A DNA stretch of 64,000 bases from Stegostoma tigrinum (taxonomy: Eukaryota): contig NC_081363.1 in assembly GCF_030684315.1 (NCBI RefSeq), positions 26,724,116-26,788,115 on the forward strand, written 5' to 3'. Positions within the stretch are counted from its first letter, which is position 1. The number at the start of each line of letters is the position of its first letter. A program made the position numbers and the translations under genes. The notes under the pieces were generated by a model. That model was not told where the DNA came from. It saw only the letters and a list, made by a program, of their open reading frames with translations, and did not search any database. This document shows positions 40,056 to 53,269 of the stretch, in pieces.

Positions 40056-41641
40056 CAGTCGGTTCTGCTATAACATGGTAGTTACGTTCCTGTGCTATAG
40101 AAATAATGGGCCTATAGGAAAAGTGGGGTTCAGGGCAGACCACCAAAAATGTCACTCAAAAATCAATCAAAAGCCTAACACAAGGGATAGCACAGTTTGA
40201 ATCAATGTTTAATTCATATCTAATAATGAAACAAAAGTAAATTTAACATCTTACCTTGAAAAAATATCAAGATGACTTGATGGGGAAGGAGGTTTTGAGG
40301 TTGCTCTGTTCTTAATGCAGGGGCTGAGGGTTATCGTCATGATCATCATCATCACCTTTAGGTGCAACTGTGCTTGCAGGGTTAGGGCGAAAAATAAACA
40401 ATCCAGAAGTGGATGGTTGTGGTTCATTGTCTTCAGACTGTTTCCTGGGGTTTGGCTTAAAAAAGACATCCAGTTTTTTCTGCATTTCCCTTTTTCTTTG
40501 TTCATGAAGAAGCAGCTCATAGGGTGTCAATGAAGATCTTACTTCACAAATTGCTATTCTGCTGCATTGTATATTGTGATCGTTGTCCTCTAATCACTGT
40601 ACATGCTTCTCAAATTCCCTCAGGATAGAAGATAAACCAGAAGTAGAAAGATCTCGTGGTGCTGCATCCTGGATTTCATCTTCTTCATCTCTAGCTTCCA
40701 ACGTCATACAATCCTTTGCCAACTTAACACCTGGAGCATGTGCTTCATTCTTAGAAACATAGGTTATTGATGGCATTCATTTCCAGTATAAATCTGTTTC
40801 ATCCAAATTGAAAATTTGATCTAAGTTGTAGCCTTCTTTGCCAATTAATTCTTTTACTGTGGGAGGGAATACCATTACTTGTTCCTCATCTGCACTGGCA
40901 ACTTCACCATATAACTTTACATTATGAAAAGCATAGCAGTTCTTAAAACCAGCAAACCAGTCACTGCTAGCACTAAAGGCAGGCACATCTGCAGGATTTT
41001 CAGCTTTTTTTGGTAGATCTTCATAAATTAATATGGCTTTCTCTTTTATGCTTAGAAAGGGAGATCCAGATTGTGTTTTCACTTGGCCTTGTATCCACAC
41101 ACTTAGAGGTTGTTCTATTTCCTCAAATTCCTTTGGCCATGATCTCTCAGATTTACTAGCACTCAGACTTGTTCCAGCAATATAGCTTCCTTTAACTTTT
41201 TCTGCATTGTCTCCAATGGTATGTAAGGTAGACTCTTTTATTCCTGTTAGGCAAACCATTTCGTATGTTCTTTCATTATGATCAAAATGTTTCGTCACAT
41301 CTAACATCTCTTCCAGTATTATAGCCTTTCATTTATGTTCAACATCTGCAATTTTATCACCACAGTGCTTCTTGCTAACATTGTTGACAGTCTGTCCTTA
41401 CATTTCTGTGGGTAACACGGCAGAATTTGCAGACAAAGAATGAAAATCATGGAGTACTGTACCTCTCACAGAAAGCACTTCACAACAAAGCCTGTGAAAC
41501 GATTATGTGATGTCAACACATACTTCTCCACGTACCGGTGAAATCGTGTTATAGCCAACACAAGTTCGCATTTTAGAAATTATGAAATCACATTGTAATG
41601 AATTCATGTTGACAGAACACACGTTATAGCAGAACCGACTG
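40056..41641 (-). mobile_element. Tigger/pogo-type DNA transposon, internally deleted
   Basis: TIR CAGTCGGTTCTGCTATAAC at both ends, TA TSDs; decayed transposase with CENP-B-type HTH (FSASSDWFAGFK) and QIFNLDETDLYWK; rest of the DDE domain missing. Confidence 0.93.
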
Positions 41642-42387
41642 TAGCTTTCTGGCACTTTAGGTTCATGCATGATGGATGGGTACAGACTGTACTTCTGTTG
41701 GTGCATGCAAAGTCACACACCAGCAGGAATCAGCACTTTCGGGACAGGAAAAGGAGTCAGCTGAGCCGTCAGCAAACATACTTAGAAAGTCACTGTGCCT
41801 TGGCATTGTGTCACTTCAATGGTGCTTAGTGCTACATCATACTAACACTTGCCTCATAAAATTTGAACATCAACATTCCATGGTGCTTCACAGAAACTTT
41901 GCAGTTGTAGGAGAGGTGGCCACAAGCCCTGTGGAAAAGATAGGTTTTCAGGAAGCTATTAAAGGTGGAGATTGTGTTAGGAGGAGTGTTTAGACAATTA
42001 GACTGTGATGGCTGGATATGACTTCTGCTGCCATTTTTGGAAAAGCATTCAAAGACGGTATGCATTGAAGAAAGAAAGGTGGAAAATTCATGAGCTGTTG
42101 CTTATAGCTGAACATGGTTTCAGAGGAAGGATGAAATGAGTCACTGAAGAGGTTTGTGTTGCAGGATTAAGATTTTAATCTGAGGAAACAGAAAACTATG
42201 GAATCCAATTAGGATAGGGCTAGCTGCACTCAGACATTGAATGGCATGCCACTTGCGTTACTAGACTGGATAAACCAGAAAGTGTGGGTTGATATCCCAC
42301 ACGGCAATTTAAGGATTTATCAATCAAATCGCCCAGGAAGCAGTTGCATTGTTGTCCAAACAACAGAGCAAGCAGTCTACTGTTCGT

Positions 42388-42571
42388 GATAATAAAATGT
42401 GAGTCTGGATGAACACAGCAGGCCAAGGAGCATCTCAGGAGCACAAAAGCTGACGTTTAGGCCCGAAACGTCAGCTTTTGTGCTCCTGAGATGCTGCTTG
42501 GCCTGCTGTGTTCATCCAGCCTCACATTTTATTATCTTGGATTCTCCAGCATCTGCAGTTCCCATTATCTC
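42388..42571. mobile_element. Palindromic Penelope 3'-end insertion, family A
   Basis: 15 bp TSD CAGTCTACTGTTCGT 42373-42387 / 42571-42585; centre CTGACGTTT|AGGCCCGAAACGTCAG. Confidence 0.9.
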
Positions 42572-43759
42572 AGTCTACTGTTCGTACCCGATCTGGCCTA
42601 TAGGTGACTCTAGTCGCATTCTGATAAGGATGAATGTTAATTGTCCTGTGAAATAACTAAATGAGCCCAGCAGTTGTATCAACGTTTCTCAAGCCAAGGA
42701 GGAACGGGCAACAGGTATAAAGCTAGGGAGAATAGGCAAGGAGCGTATTCAACTTGCGGATCTGGAGGCAGCAAAGGCATGACTAATAATTTCACTTCAT
42801 AAAGACTGAGTCATTGGCAGAGTCAGCGTGACTGGGAATGTCTTGGATGTCAGAATCGTAACAGATCTTAGCTATTACCAGAATTACTAGTTAAAAAAGA
42901 AAGCTCAACAAAAGAAACAGAAGGTTAGGAAGTTGAACTGAATAATCTTTACAAACGCTCGTTTTTCAATAGAACTGAAAGTGACGCCCGCTATTGAAAA
43001 TGATTGTAATGACACTTAATCAAAAATCATAAATGCTCTTTAATAGCAGACTGGAGTTTTGAATATCACCCAATTGTTTCCTGGCATACTTTTACAGGTG
43101 ATGCTAGCCCAGCAGTTCATGGCTGAATCATTAAACTATGTCCTTTCACCACGTCTGTGCCAGTCTGTCATTCATCAACACACATAGAGCCCAGAACATT
43201 GATCAGTCAACCACCGAGTGAGAAACCCATTTTTGAACAGAATTTTTCGATAATTTAAAATAATGTGTATAATTTATGGCACATAATTACCCAAAAGACC
43301 TGCCGCTGGTCATTTGACAAACGCCAACTCCTCCATTCTATTGAAATATACAGCAAAGTTGCTGACTCTAAAACACAAACTCCAGGAAATTATGTTTCTA
43401 GCTTAATGTGAAATGGGTGGTTTGGGCAGTGTGATGCGCTGTTCACTTCTACAATATATTGTATGCAATCCGGGAGTAGGCTACTCTGTATTCACCAAAC
43501 AAAATCCTTCAAATTTTCGTTAAAAGAAGCATCTAACTCAAAGGCAGACCCCCACCCCCGGGAACCCTGTAAGGAGAAGGTCACTACGACTTGATCAGTA
43601 AGAGCGAGTGCTCCTCACAAACGTCCCCCACCGCCCATTCCAGGTTAATGTAATATCAAAGAGAATCCGTAGTCTTCTACAGAAAATTCTAACTCGAAAC
43701 GTAGCACTGGATAAATGTTAACCCCGGGGCAAGAAAAATATAAGTTCCAGGAATAATTT

Positions 43760-44290
43760 AGTCGTCACCGGTTAGCTTGAAGGAACGCAGATCAACAGAA
43801 ATACTTGCATCTGTGTAGCGCCTTACATGGTTTCGTGAGGTCGCAAAGCGCTTTACAGCCTTTGTTTTTGTTAGAAGGGCGGTCGCTATTGCAATGTACA
43901 AATCGGTTCAGTGGTGAGCGGTTGGAGGATTTGCATTGCACACAGGCAAGCCAGTTGTCAAACTTTCTCCTTGACTGTGTCCGGGGTGCTGAACGAAAAC
44001 AGAAAATGTAACGGACAGTCGTTGGTTTGATTGCGCTGTTGTGCCTTTGCGTCTCCTCCGAAGTACAGCCCACTGTTTCGCTGCTGTTACAGACTCGGGG
44101 GCGTTTTCATCTTTCGCCGCGGTTATTGCAGGGAAAGGAAGTCTCAATTTAAACAGCGTAAGTATTTTACATTGTTGAAAATCAAATGGATACATTTTAT
44201 GATCGTAACTTTCATACTCTAAACCGGTATTGAAAAGTGACGTTATTTAGTTCTCACGTTTAAGAACTTGATTATATCATTCTCAGGTAA
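43760..44290 (+). promoter_or_regulatory. Orphan CpG-rich region; candidate distal promoter / non-coding first exon (ITPK1?)
   Basis: CpG density well above flanks, not recognisably repeat-derived, GTAAGT at 44158-44163 and CAG|GTAATG at 44287. Confidence 0.45.
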
Positions 44291-44752
44291 TGTATTTTCA
44301 TCTTTGATGCCTGTTCACTCATTTTTCACCCTGTATGTGTGAGTAGATGTTTTGGGAAATATACACTTGTACTTAAATGTATATTGTCTCATGTCAACTA
44401 TGGGTAAGGACTAATCGTTTTCTCAGCGCGGATTATGTACTTCCAGATGATTCCTACGTTGGGAATGGTTTCGTTTTAGTTTATTTTATTTTGCCAGCCG
44501 AATAAGATAGAAGTGCTTGCATTTATATAGCACCTTACGCGACCTCCGGGTGTCTCAAACCTTGTTGCAACTGTTGAAGTACTATGTAATGTTACTATGT
44601 TATTGCAGTAATGTTGGAAACTTTACAATGTGATAATGACCACATAATGACTATACTATTGTACAGATCTGAACTGCATTTGTGACTGGATATATAGAAA
44701 GATTTTTTCACGGATGTGTTTCACTGATGACATGTGAGGGTACATATAAAGG

Positions 44753-44857
44753 CAGGAACAAAAATTGAAGTTGCTGGAAAAGCTCGGCGGGTCTGACAAC
44801 ATCTATGAAGAAAAAAAAGTGTTAACTCTTCGGGGTCCGGTGACCCTTCCTCAGAAT
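44753..44857 (-). mobile_element. Family B single arm ending at the hammerhead motif
   Basis: Reverse strand CTGAGGAAGGGTCACCGGACCCCGAAGAGTT. Confidence 0.7.
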
Positions 44858-45169
44858 CGCACTAAGGGCATTGCTGGAGACGTTGTATTTTGGGTGTGAC
44901 GTTCAACGAAGCCTTGCTGGCTATCTGTGGTGTGCAAAAAGTTTTAATGGCACTCTTAGGGGTGTCTTGGTCAATGTTTGTCGCTCAAACACCACTAAAA
45001 CAGATCATATGCTCATTATCACATCGTTGTTTGTTGGGAATTGCTGTGTGCAACTTGTTGTTTTCTTTTCTATTTTCTTTTATCCAGATGTTATTTTATT
45101 TCAAAAATACACTTTATTCGTAAAAATAAGTCATTATAGCAGAAGGACAAAACAAGCAAACATTGGGGT

Positions 45170-45600
45170 TTGACTCTATCCAAACAAACCAAAGCCATTT
45201 GTTTGAACCAGACCGTATTTACATGCATTTGAGTCAGCAGGAGGGTCTGATAACTGAACAGACCCCCACTTAACTTCAGCGGCAAGACCTCAGATGATGG
45301 TCTTTCCCCACTGTGTCTCGGCAGCAGCTACCTCAAGCTTTAGTGCGTTCCTCAGCATATACTCCTGAATTTTGCACTGTGCCAGTCTGCAACACTCACT
45401 CAAGGTCAACTCCTTGTTCTGGAAGACCAACAAGTTTTGGGCAGACCAAAGAGCATCATTCACCAAGTTGATGGTTCTCCAGGTGCAGTTGATGTTTGTT
45501 TTGGTGTGCAACCCAGGGAACTTATCCAGAAGTATTATCACAGGCTATGGAATGGCTACCTGCCCAGCACTGGTGTTGCTCTGTTTCCTATGTTACAGGA
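45170..45600 (-). mobile_element. Tx1/L1-like LINE 3' fragment
   Basis: WRTINLVNDALWSAQNLLVFQNKEL..QWGKTII resembles the Tx1-type ORF2 C-terminus. Confidence 0.6.
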
Positions 45601-46189
45601 ACGACCATACCTAGGTGCACTTCATTGGATCTAAAACATTTTGCCCTGTGTAAATGTAAATCATTTTTTCTCATTTTAGTCAAACCGATCAACCCCAAAA
45701 CCCAAGAATAGAAAACAAAATTTATAGTTGATACCGTAAATCAGATTTCTTGCCAATACCTGTCTAATGTTCTGTTAACATTACTGATGCAAATCGGTCT
45801 TCCAGAGCCACTCATTCAATCTTCAACATCTTTTAGGATCGTAGAATAGAGGTGCTCAGCAGTATAGAAAGAGATCATTTGGCCCATCATTCCTGTGCTG
45901 GCTCTTTGAAAAAGCACCTTGGTTTAGCTTAGCTTTCTTGGTTTTCATCTGCAAGTTCCATATACTCAAGTACCTGTCCATCCCTTTAGTAAAATTACTT
46001 ATGGAACCAACTTTGCACTGAAATTTCAGGTACAGCATTCCCAGTCCACCAACTCACCGGGTGAAAAAGGCTGCAATTTCTTTCTAGGTCATACACCGAT
46101 GATTATAAGTTCATGACCACTGGTTGTTAACTGACATACCAGCAGAAAGGGTTTTTCCTCTATCTGCTCTGACAAAATCAATATTTCTT

Positions 46190-47000
46190 CTATTCATTTG
46201 TGGGACTTGGGTGACGCTGGCTGAGCCAGCGTTTCTTGCCCATCCCTAGTTGCCCTTGAGAAGGTGGTGGTGAGTTGCATTCTTGAACTGCTACAGCCTT
46301 CCTGCTGTGGGTTGACCCACAATGCCCTTAGGGAGGGAATTCCAGGATTTTGATGCAGTGACAGTAAAGGAATGGCAATATATTTTCAAGTTAGCGGTCA
46401 GTGGCTTGGAGGGGAACTTGGAGGTGGTGGTGTTCCCTTATGTCTGCTGCTCTTGTCCTTCTAGATGGAAGTGGTTTTGGGTTTGGAAGGTGCTGTCTGA
46501 GGATCTTTATGAATTTCTGCAGTGTATCTTGTAGATAGTACACACTGCTGCTACTGAATATCAGTGGTGGAGGGAGTGGATTCCTGTGGATGTAGTGCCA
46601 GTTGAGCTGGCTGCTTTGTACTGGATGGTGTCAAGCTTCTTGAGTGTTGTTGGGCTGCACCCATCAGGCAGGTGGGAAGTATTCCATCACACTCTTGGCT
46701 TGTGCCTTGTAGATGGTGGACAGGCTTTGAGGTATCAGGGAGGTGAGTTACTTGTTGCAGAATTCCTAGTTTCTGACCTGCTCTTGTAGCCACTGTGTTA
46801 ATGTAGTGAGTCCCAGTTGAATTTCTGGTCAATGATAACCATCAGGATGTTGATAGTGGGGGATTCAGTGAAGGTAACACTGTTGAATGTAAAATGATGG
46901 TGGTTAGATTGTCTCTTATTGGTGATGGTCATAGCCTGGCATTTGTGTGGCATGAATGTCACTTGCCACTTGTCAGTCCAAGCCTGGGTATTGTCCAGAT
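46190..47000 (-). mobile_element. CR1/L2-clade LINE 3' fragment
   Basis: HYINTVATRAGQKLGIL RT-thumb-like remnant; tail shared with short repeats at ~19.9-20.2 kb and ~59.2-59.6 kb. Confidence 0.7.
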
Positions 47001-48354
47001 TCTTTTAGACATCTCTAGGTCACCGCTTAATCTTTTCAGTTTTAAGGAGTACAGCCCTAACTTTTCAAACGTGAAGTCCTTCCCCCCGCTAACATCTTGC
47101 TATGTATCTTCTGTATTCTTTCAAAGGCTTTTGCCTGAGGCCATAATAAAATTCCTCAGTGGTATCACATGAAAGGTCTTAAGTGCAGATATACACATTT
47201 TCTGCACTACCTTGATCAACCTTCTTTGATACCTCATCAAAATATTCAAGCAAGTTAATAAGACTAATTGATGTTAGCTGTCCTTAATTAATCCATGCTT
47301 TCCCAATTAAAAGTTTATTTTATCCTTGTTAATAGTTTCCATTAGCATCCCAACATTGTTGGTAGGCACACTTGTTATTAGTTTCCTAGTCACTATATTT
47401 CTTTTGGTATTACGGTACTAGCAGCTGTCTGGTCCTTCAGCACTATGAATTGAAGGATTGTGATCAAAGCATCTTTTATTTCTAACTTTGCGTCCTTCAG
47501 CAACCTAGATTGCATTCCATCTGGACCTGGTTATTTTTCAACCTTCTGTAATACAAATCTTTTCAGTGTATTTTGTTTATTTGTTATATCCTGTTCATAA
47601 CTTCTCTTTTCTCCTTTAGTGTGATTGTCACATCATCCACTTTGTTTGTGAAAATACAAAGTATTCATTTAGCATTTCAGCTCTGTCTCCTGCCTTCGCT
47701 TGGGTCCTTATGAGGCCCAACTTTTCCCCAACTAATGAGTTATGGTTTATAAAGATCATGGGACTCACTCATTGTTGCCCACAAACTTTTTTTCACAATA
47801 TTTCTTTGTCTCATGTTTAACATTTTCAATTTGCTATTATACTTTTTATAATCTTCCTGATTATTAACTGAATCTGCTCCTGCCCTTTATCATAGGCTTT
47901 CTTTTCTCTTTTATTTTGACTTTTCATCCTTTGCAATTAGAGTGCTTTAGCTTTGGAACATCTACCTTTTCCCTTCAAAGGTATAAACTTAGTTTCACCC
48001 TGAATTATTCTTTGCAGAATGCCTTCTATTACTCTATTCCTGTTTATCTGGCAATTATCTTTTTTAATGTACATGAGCTAGGCCTCTTGTTCCTCCTTGT
48101 GTATCTTAATACTCATTCTGTTTTCCTCTTTGAGAATAGTGGTACAGATTAGCATGCTGATCCACATCATGTTGATCGACATCATGAATGTTATTTCAAT
48201 GGACTGCAGGTCCTTATAAGACTAAACAAAAAAAAATGTGAATGCTGAAAGTCAGAAACAAAAACAAATTACAAGAAAAACTCAGCACGTCTGGCAGCAT
48301 CTCTGGAGAGCAAGCAGAGTTAACATTTCGGTCCAGTGACCTTACATCAGGACC

Positions 48355-49100
48355 GTTGATCAGGGCAGGATTAATACAATTAAACATAGGGGCTAGGGGT
48401 AGTGTTGTAGGACAGAAAGACCTAAGGGTTCAGGTGAAGTTTGAAGTTTGTATCGCATTTTGATTGGATGGTCAAGAAGTGTTTAGCATACTTGCATTCA
48501 TTGCCTAGACGTTTAAGTATAGGAGTTGGGACATTATGTTGAGGTTGTACAGGACATTGGTGAGGCCTCTTTTGGAGTACCGTGTCCAGTTCTGGTAACC
48601 TTGTTATAGGAAGTGTATTATTAAGCTGGAGAGGATTCAGGAAAGATTTACCAGGATGTTGTCAGGAACGATGGTTTGAGGGATAAGGACAGACTGGATA
48701 GGCTGGGACCTTTTCACTGGAATGTAGGAAATTGAGGGGTGGGTTTATAGAAGTTTATAAAACCATGAGGTATACAGATAAGGTGAATGGCTTTACCCCA
48801 GAGTGGAGAATTTCAAGACTGGGGGCATATTTTTAAGGTGAGAGGAGAAATGTTTAAAAAAGGCATTGAGACAAATTTTTTACACAGATGGTGTTTTGTG
48901 TGTGCAATGAATTTCTAGAGGAATTGGTGGAAGCAGGTACAGTTATCATGTTTAAAAGGCACTTAGATAAGTATATGAATAAGAAATGTTTGGAGAGATA
49001 TGGGCTAAACGCAGGGAGGTGGGACTAGTTTAGTTTGGGATTACAATTGGCATGGACTGGTTGGACCGAAGGGTCTGTTTCTGTGCTAAATGACTCCATG
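48355..49100 (+). mobile_element. CR1 LINE 3' fragment between the arms of a family B palindrome (~48225-48350 and ~49101-49175)
   Basis: LYRTLVRPLLEY-type coding remnant and CR1 tail between two inverted family B arms. Confidence 0.8.
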
Positions 49101-51159
49101 ACCTGAAACTTTAGCTTTGCTTTCTCTCCACACGTGCTGCCAGACTTGCTTAGATTTTCCAGTAATTTCCGTTTAAGTCCTGATAGGAACTTGAACCTGG
49201 AGCTTCTCGTCCTGAGATAGGGACACTACCACTGAATCTCAAGATCTCTAAGTCTCATCTTAATTCGCTGAAATAAAGACTCATGTCAGAAACAGCTGCA
49301 CTGATAAAAATGTGTTTTATTTGTATTTGATTTGTCCATAATACAGATTTCACACAATTTAGCATAACTTAAATATTTGACTTGGAGAAACCATGCAGTT
49401 AACTTATATGGAAATATAAAAGTCTGTACTGGGTTAATATGTTTTTATCTCGAATTTAAGAAATGTGATGAATTGAGTTGACTTTCTCTGGGCTTCAATT
49501 TCTTTTATTATAAAAAAAAGTGCTGTTCTAAAATTAAGCATGTTATTAGAGCAGCAGAGAACCAGTTTGCCTCTGCATTCATTTTGTACCATGTCTAATC
49601 TGGGAGTGGTTGTGTTGACATTGGATGCCAAACTGAAAAATGACTCTGGCACCCTTTCAGGGCAATGTATAATAGCTCACAAAAAGAGAGGATGCCTCTG
49701 TAATATGACCTATAATCCTCACTAAATGGTTTTCCATCATCTAAGACCAAGAATAGAAGTATCAACCTTTTGACATGCTGTTGAATCTGTTACAAAGATA
49801 CTGAAAGATGCATAGAAAGGCCATTTCGGGAGTGCAATTTCTCACACCACTGCCCTCAATTCATTGTTATATTCATGCTGTAGCAATGCAAGGAGTTAGG
49901 GGTGAAAAGATCTACTTACACACAGATGTAACATACATGTTCATGTGTTTATCCTAAAGGATAAAGGTCTAAATAACTTCACAACAGTTAAAACCAGGAG
50001 ATTTTTAACTATATCAAGTCAAGTCAGGAGGTGAGGAAACTTGACAAACTATCTAACCACAGGCTAAGCTTCTGCCAACCCCATTCTGTCATTAAGTTCA
50101 CTTCAATCCAATGCAATAAAATTTCCCTGTTTCAACCTGCCCATCAAATGTCTTCATCATTTTGAGCTTCAACTTCTGTATTGCTTTCTCAAGCCTCACA
50201 AATTACAACACATTTAAAAATGAACAATCTCCTACAGAACTTGTCATCCCTCTGTGAAAACCCCACTGATTGTCTGTCTTCAGCAACTTGATTTCAAAAT
50301 TATTGTTCTTGCATTTTGTTATATTTCACAGTCTCCACAGTGTGTGGTGCAAGGGCTCCAGGACAGTCTGTGCCTCCATTTGTTGGGTGTAGGCCCTTGT
50401 CAAAACTATTCTGACAAATTAAATATTAAATTGGCTCATCACTTCATTAATATTGTCAAATTTGCCCTGCATTTCCAGCATCTTATTTTGTTTGACATAT
50501 CAGCAGTTAAAATTATGGCAAAGCAATTTACTACACATGACAGTACTTTGAGTCATGAGGCATGTTTGTTGCAATGTAGCTTATAATTTCGGAGTATGAC
50601 ACCCACATTAATAAATAAGAACTGATACTTCTTCAAAAATAAAATATCCAATGTAATTCATTGATTGAAAGATGTTTTGAATGTCCTTAGGACAATGAAA
50701 TAAAAACTGAAAGTGCTGGAGAAACTCAGGAGATCTGGGAGCATCTGCAGAGAGAAAATAGAATTAATGTTTCGAGTTCCATGACTCTTCTTTTGAGTTG
50801 AACGGGGATTGAAAGTCACAGTATTTATCTTATTGACAAAGAGGGAAGAGGAATAAGTGAAACAGATAGTGAAGGACAAGGGAGGGGAGGGAAAGGTATG
50901 TTTGCTGGCTATCTTCTGCCATTTCAGCCATCACCAAGCACATGTTCTTGTACTTCCAACCCAAGTCAACGCAACCTGGAGAAACAAAATTTTAGGTACT
51001 TCACAGATCTACGGACTCATCAATGATTCCTGAACAGCCTCAGAACATGAATAATACTCTCCATTTTGACCCCCCCAACCCCTGCCACTCACCATATCTT
51101 GCTTGTTAGCAGTTACCTAATTTCAACTATCCACAGATATCTTTAACACCTATTTTGCA

Positions 51160-52425
51160 TTGAGTCATAGAGAGATTTACTGCATTGCAAAAGGACCTTT
51201 GGCCCATTGTATCCATGTCAGTCAAAAACAACCACCTAACTATTCTAATCTCATTTTCTAGCACTTGGCCCATAACCTAGTATACCTTGGCATTGCAAGT
51301 GTATATCTAAATACATCTTAAATATTAGGAGGGTTTCTGTTTCTACCACCCTTTACAGGCAATTAGTTCCAAATTCCCATCCCCTCTCAGTGAAAAAGTC
51401 TTTCCTAAATCTATGCCCCTGGTCATTGATCCTTCCATCAAGAGGTTGCATTTCTTCCTGTTTACCCTATCTATGCCACTTATAATGTTATACATTCTCA
51501 CACTCTTTTCTTCTAAAGAAAACAGCCCTAGTATGTCAATCTGTCTTGGAACTCTCCAGTTCAGGCATATCCTGGTAAATCTCCTCTGCACCCTCTCCAG
51601 TCCAATCAATTCTGGCTGATAATGTGGAGTCCAGAACTGCACACAATGCGCTCCCTGTGGCCTAACCAATCTTTTATGCAGTTCCAGCATAAATTCCCTG
51701 CTCTGTGTCTTGACTAATAAAGGCAAGTGTACCATATGCCTTTTTAACCACTTTATCCGCCTATCCTGATAACTTAAGGGATCGGTGTACGTACTGTTCA
51801 CCATGAATTCTTTTGCCTTGTTTGTCTTGCTTGAGTACATCATCTAGGATTTATCTGGATTGAATCTATTTGCTCCAGATTAGCCCATTTGTCCAGTCCA
51901 TCTATATCCTCTTGTAATTTAAGGCTATCCTCCTCATTATTTACCAACCCACCAATTTTTGTACCAGTTGTGAACTTAATGATCAATCTTCTGATATTTA
52001 AGTCTAAATTTTTATACAATCACAAACAGCAAGGGCTGCAAGACTGACTCCTGTTGGACTCCACTGCACACAGACTTCCAGTCGGAAAAACACCCCTGCG
52101 ACTGTCTGTGTGGAGTTTCTTCCAGGTGCTCCGGTTTCCTCCCACAGTCCAATGATGTTCAGATGAGGTGGATTGGCCATGCTAAATTGTCCGTAGTGTT
52201 CAGGGAGATGTGGATTCGGCAGGTTATAGGGGGATGGGCCTGGTTGGGATGCTCCAAGGTTTGGTGTGGACTTGTTGGGCTGAAGGGCCTGTTTCCATAC
52301 TTTAGGTAATCTATGATTCTATGAACTATCACCGTCTGCTTTCTGCCACTCAGGCAATTGTGGATCCATTTGCCAAATTTCCTTGGACCCCATTGGTTCT
52401 TACTTTTGCTAACAGTTTCCCATGT
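51160..52425 (-). mobile_element. CR1 LINE fragment with nested SINE (52100-52320, plus)
   Basis: LVRPQGAHCVQFWTPHYQ..LERVQRRFTR remnant. Confidence 0.8.
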
Positions 52426-53269
52426 GATTCCACTCTTTTACTACGATTAGCACTCCTTTTGCTTTTTGCTCAGGATACTTTCACCGTTTGTTCCACTCAC
52501 TCCTGTTCCATCTTTGCCAATAATATGAAAAGCATCATTTTTCAGCCCCCCTCAACTTTGAAGAATAGCCATGGGATGGGAGACTTGAATGTTGATTTTG
52601 TCTCTCTTCCCACAGTTGCCACTAGACCAGCTGAGTTTCTCCGACATTTTCTGTTCTTGGTTCGGCTCGCCAGCATCTGCAAAATATTACTTTTATCTGA
52701 GGATCTTGAAGGCCTGTCTAAACACAATCTTTTGAAATCGTGATCTTGGCAGGGAGTCACTCAAAGTTAGATACAAAAACCAAATGAAAATCAATGAACC
52801 ATTTAGAAGAAAAAAATGTATAAGCTGAATACGATTTTAAATCTCATGAACACAAGCTGCATGCAATCCCTATTCCATAACAAAGCGAATGAAGTCATAG
52901 AGATGTACATCTTGGAAATATTGATAACTACAAACCAAATAGGGGAATCACTCTGCAGTAGTGTAGCCCCTCAACAATATAGCCAGCAAACCAGTAACAG
53001 TAAATTCAGAAACAATCACCTCAGAGCTGACCTCCAAGGCAGTAACAGTACAATGTTGAACCAACATTGAGATCCCTCCGAAGGCACTCTCAAGCTTTCT
53101 ACCAACATCAACTTTAAACAGTCTAGAAAATATCACTCGACTATTTCTGCTGCAAGCTACACCAAGGAAACGGTTCACAGCTCCTTCGGTCCCAATCGTC
53201 CATGCCGACCAGATATCCTAAATGAATCTTGTCCCGACTGTGCAGTGAATTTAGATTGCACAACCTAAA

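Noticed and set aside
15833-42585. Dispersed palindromic repeats as CRISPR/REP-like arrays or classic MITEs
   Set aside because: Eukaryotic locus with no regular repeat-spacer period; variable centres and TSD lengths plus identity to a Penelope 3' UTR argue against DNA-transposon MITEs.
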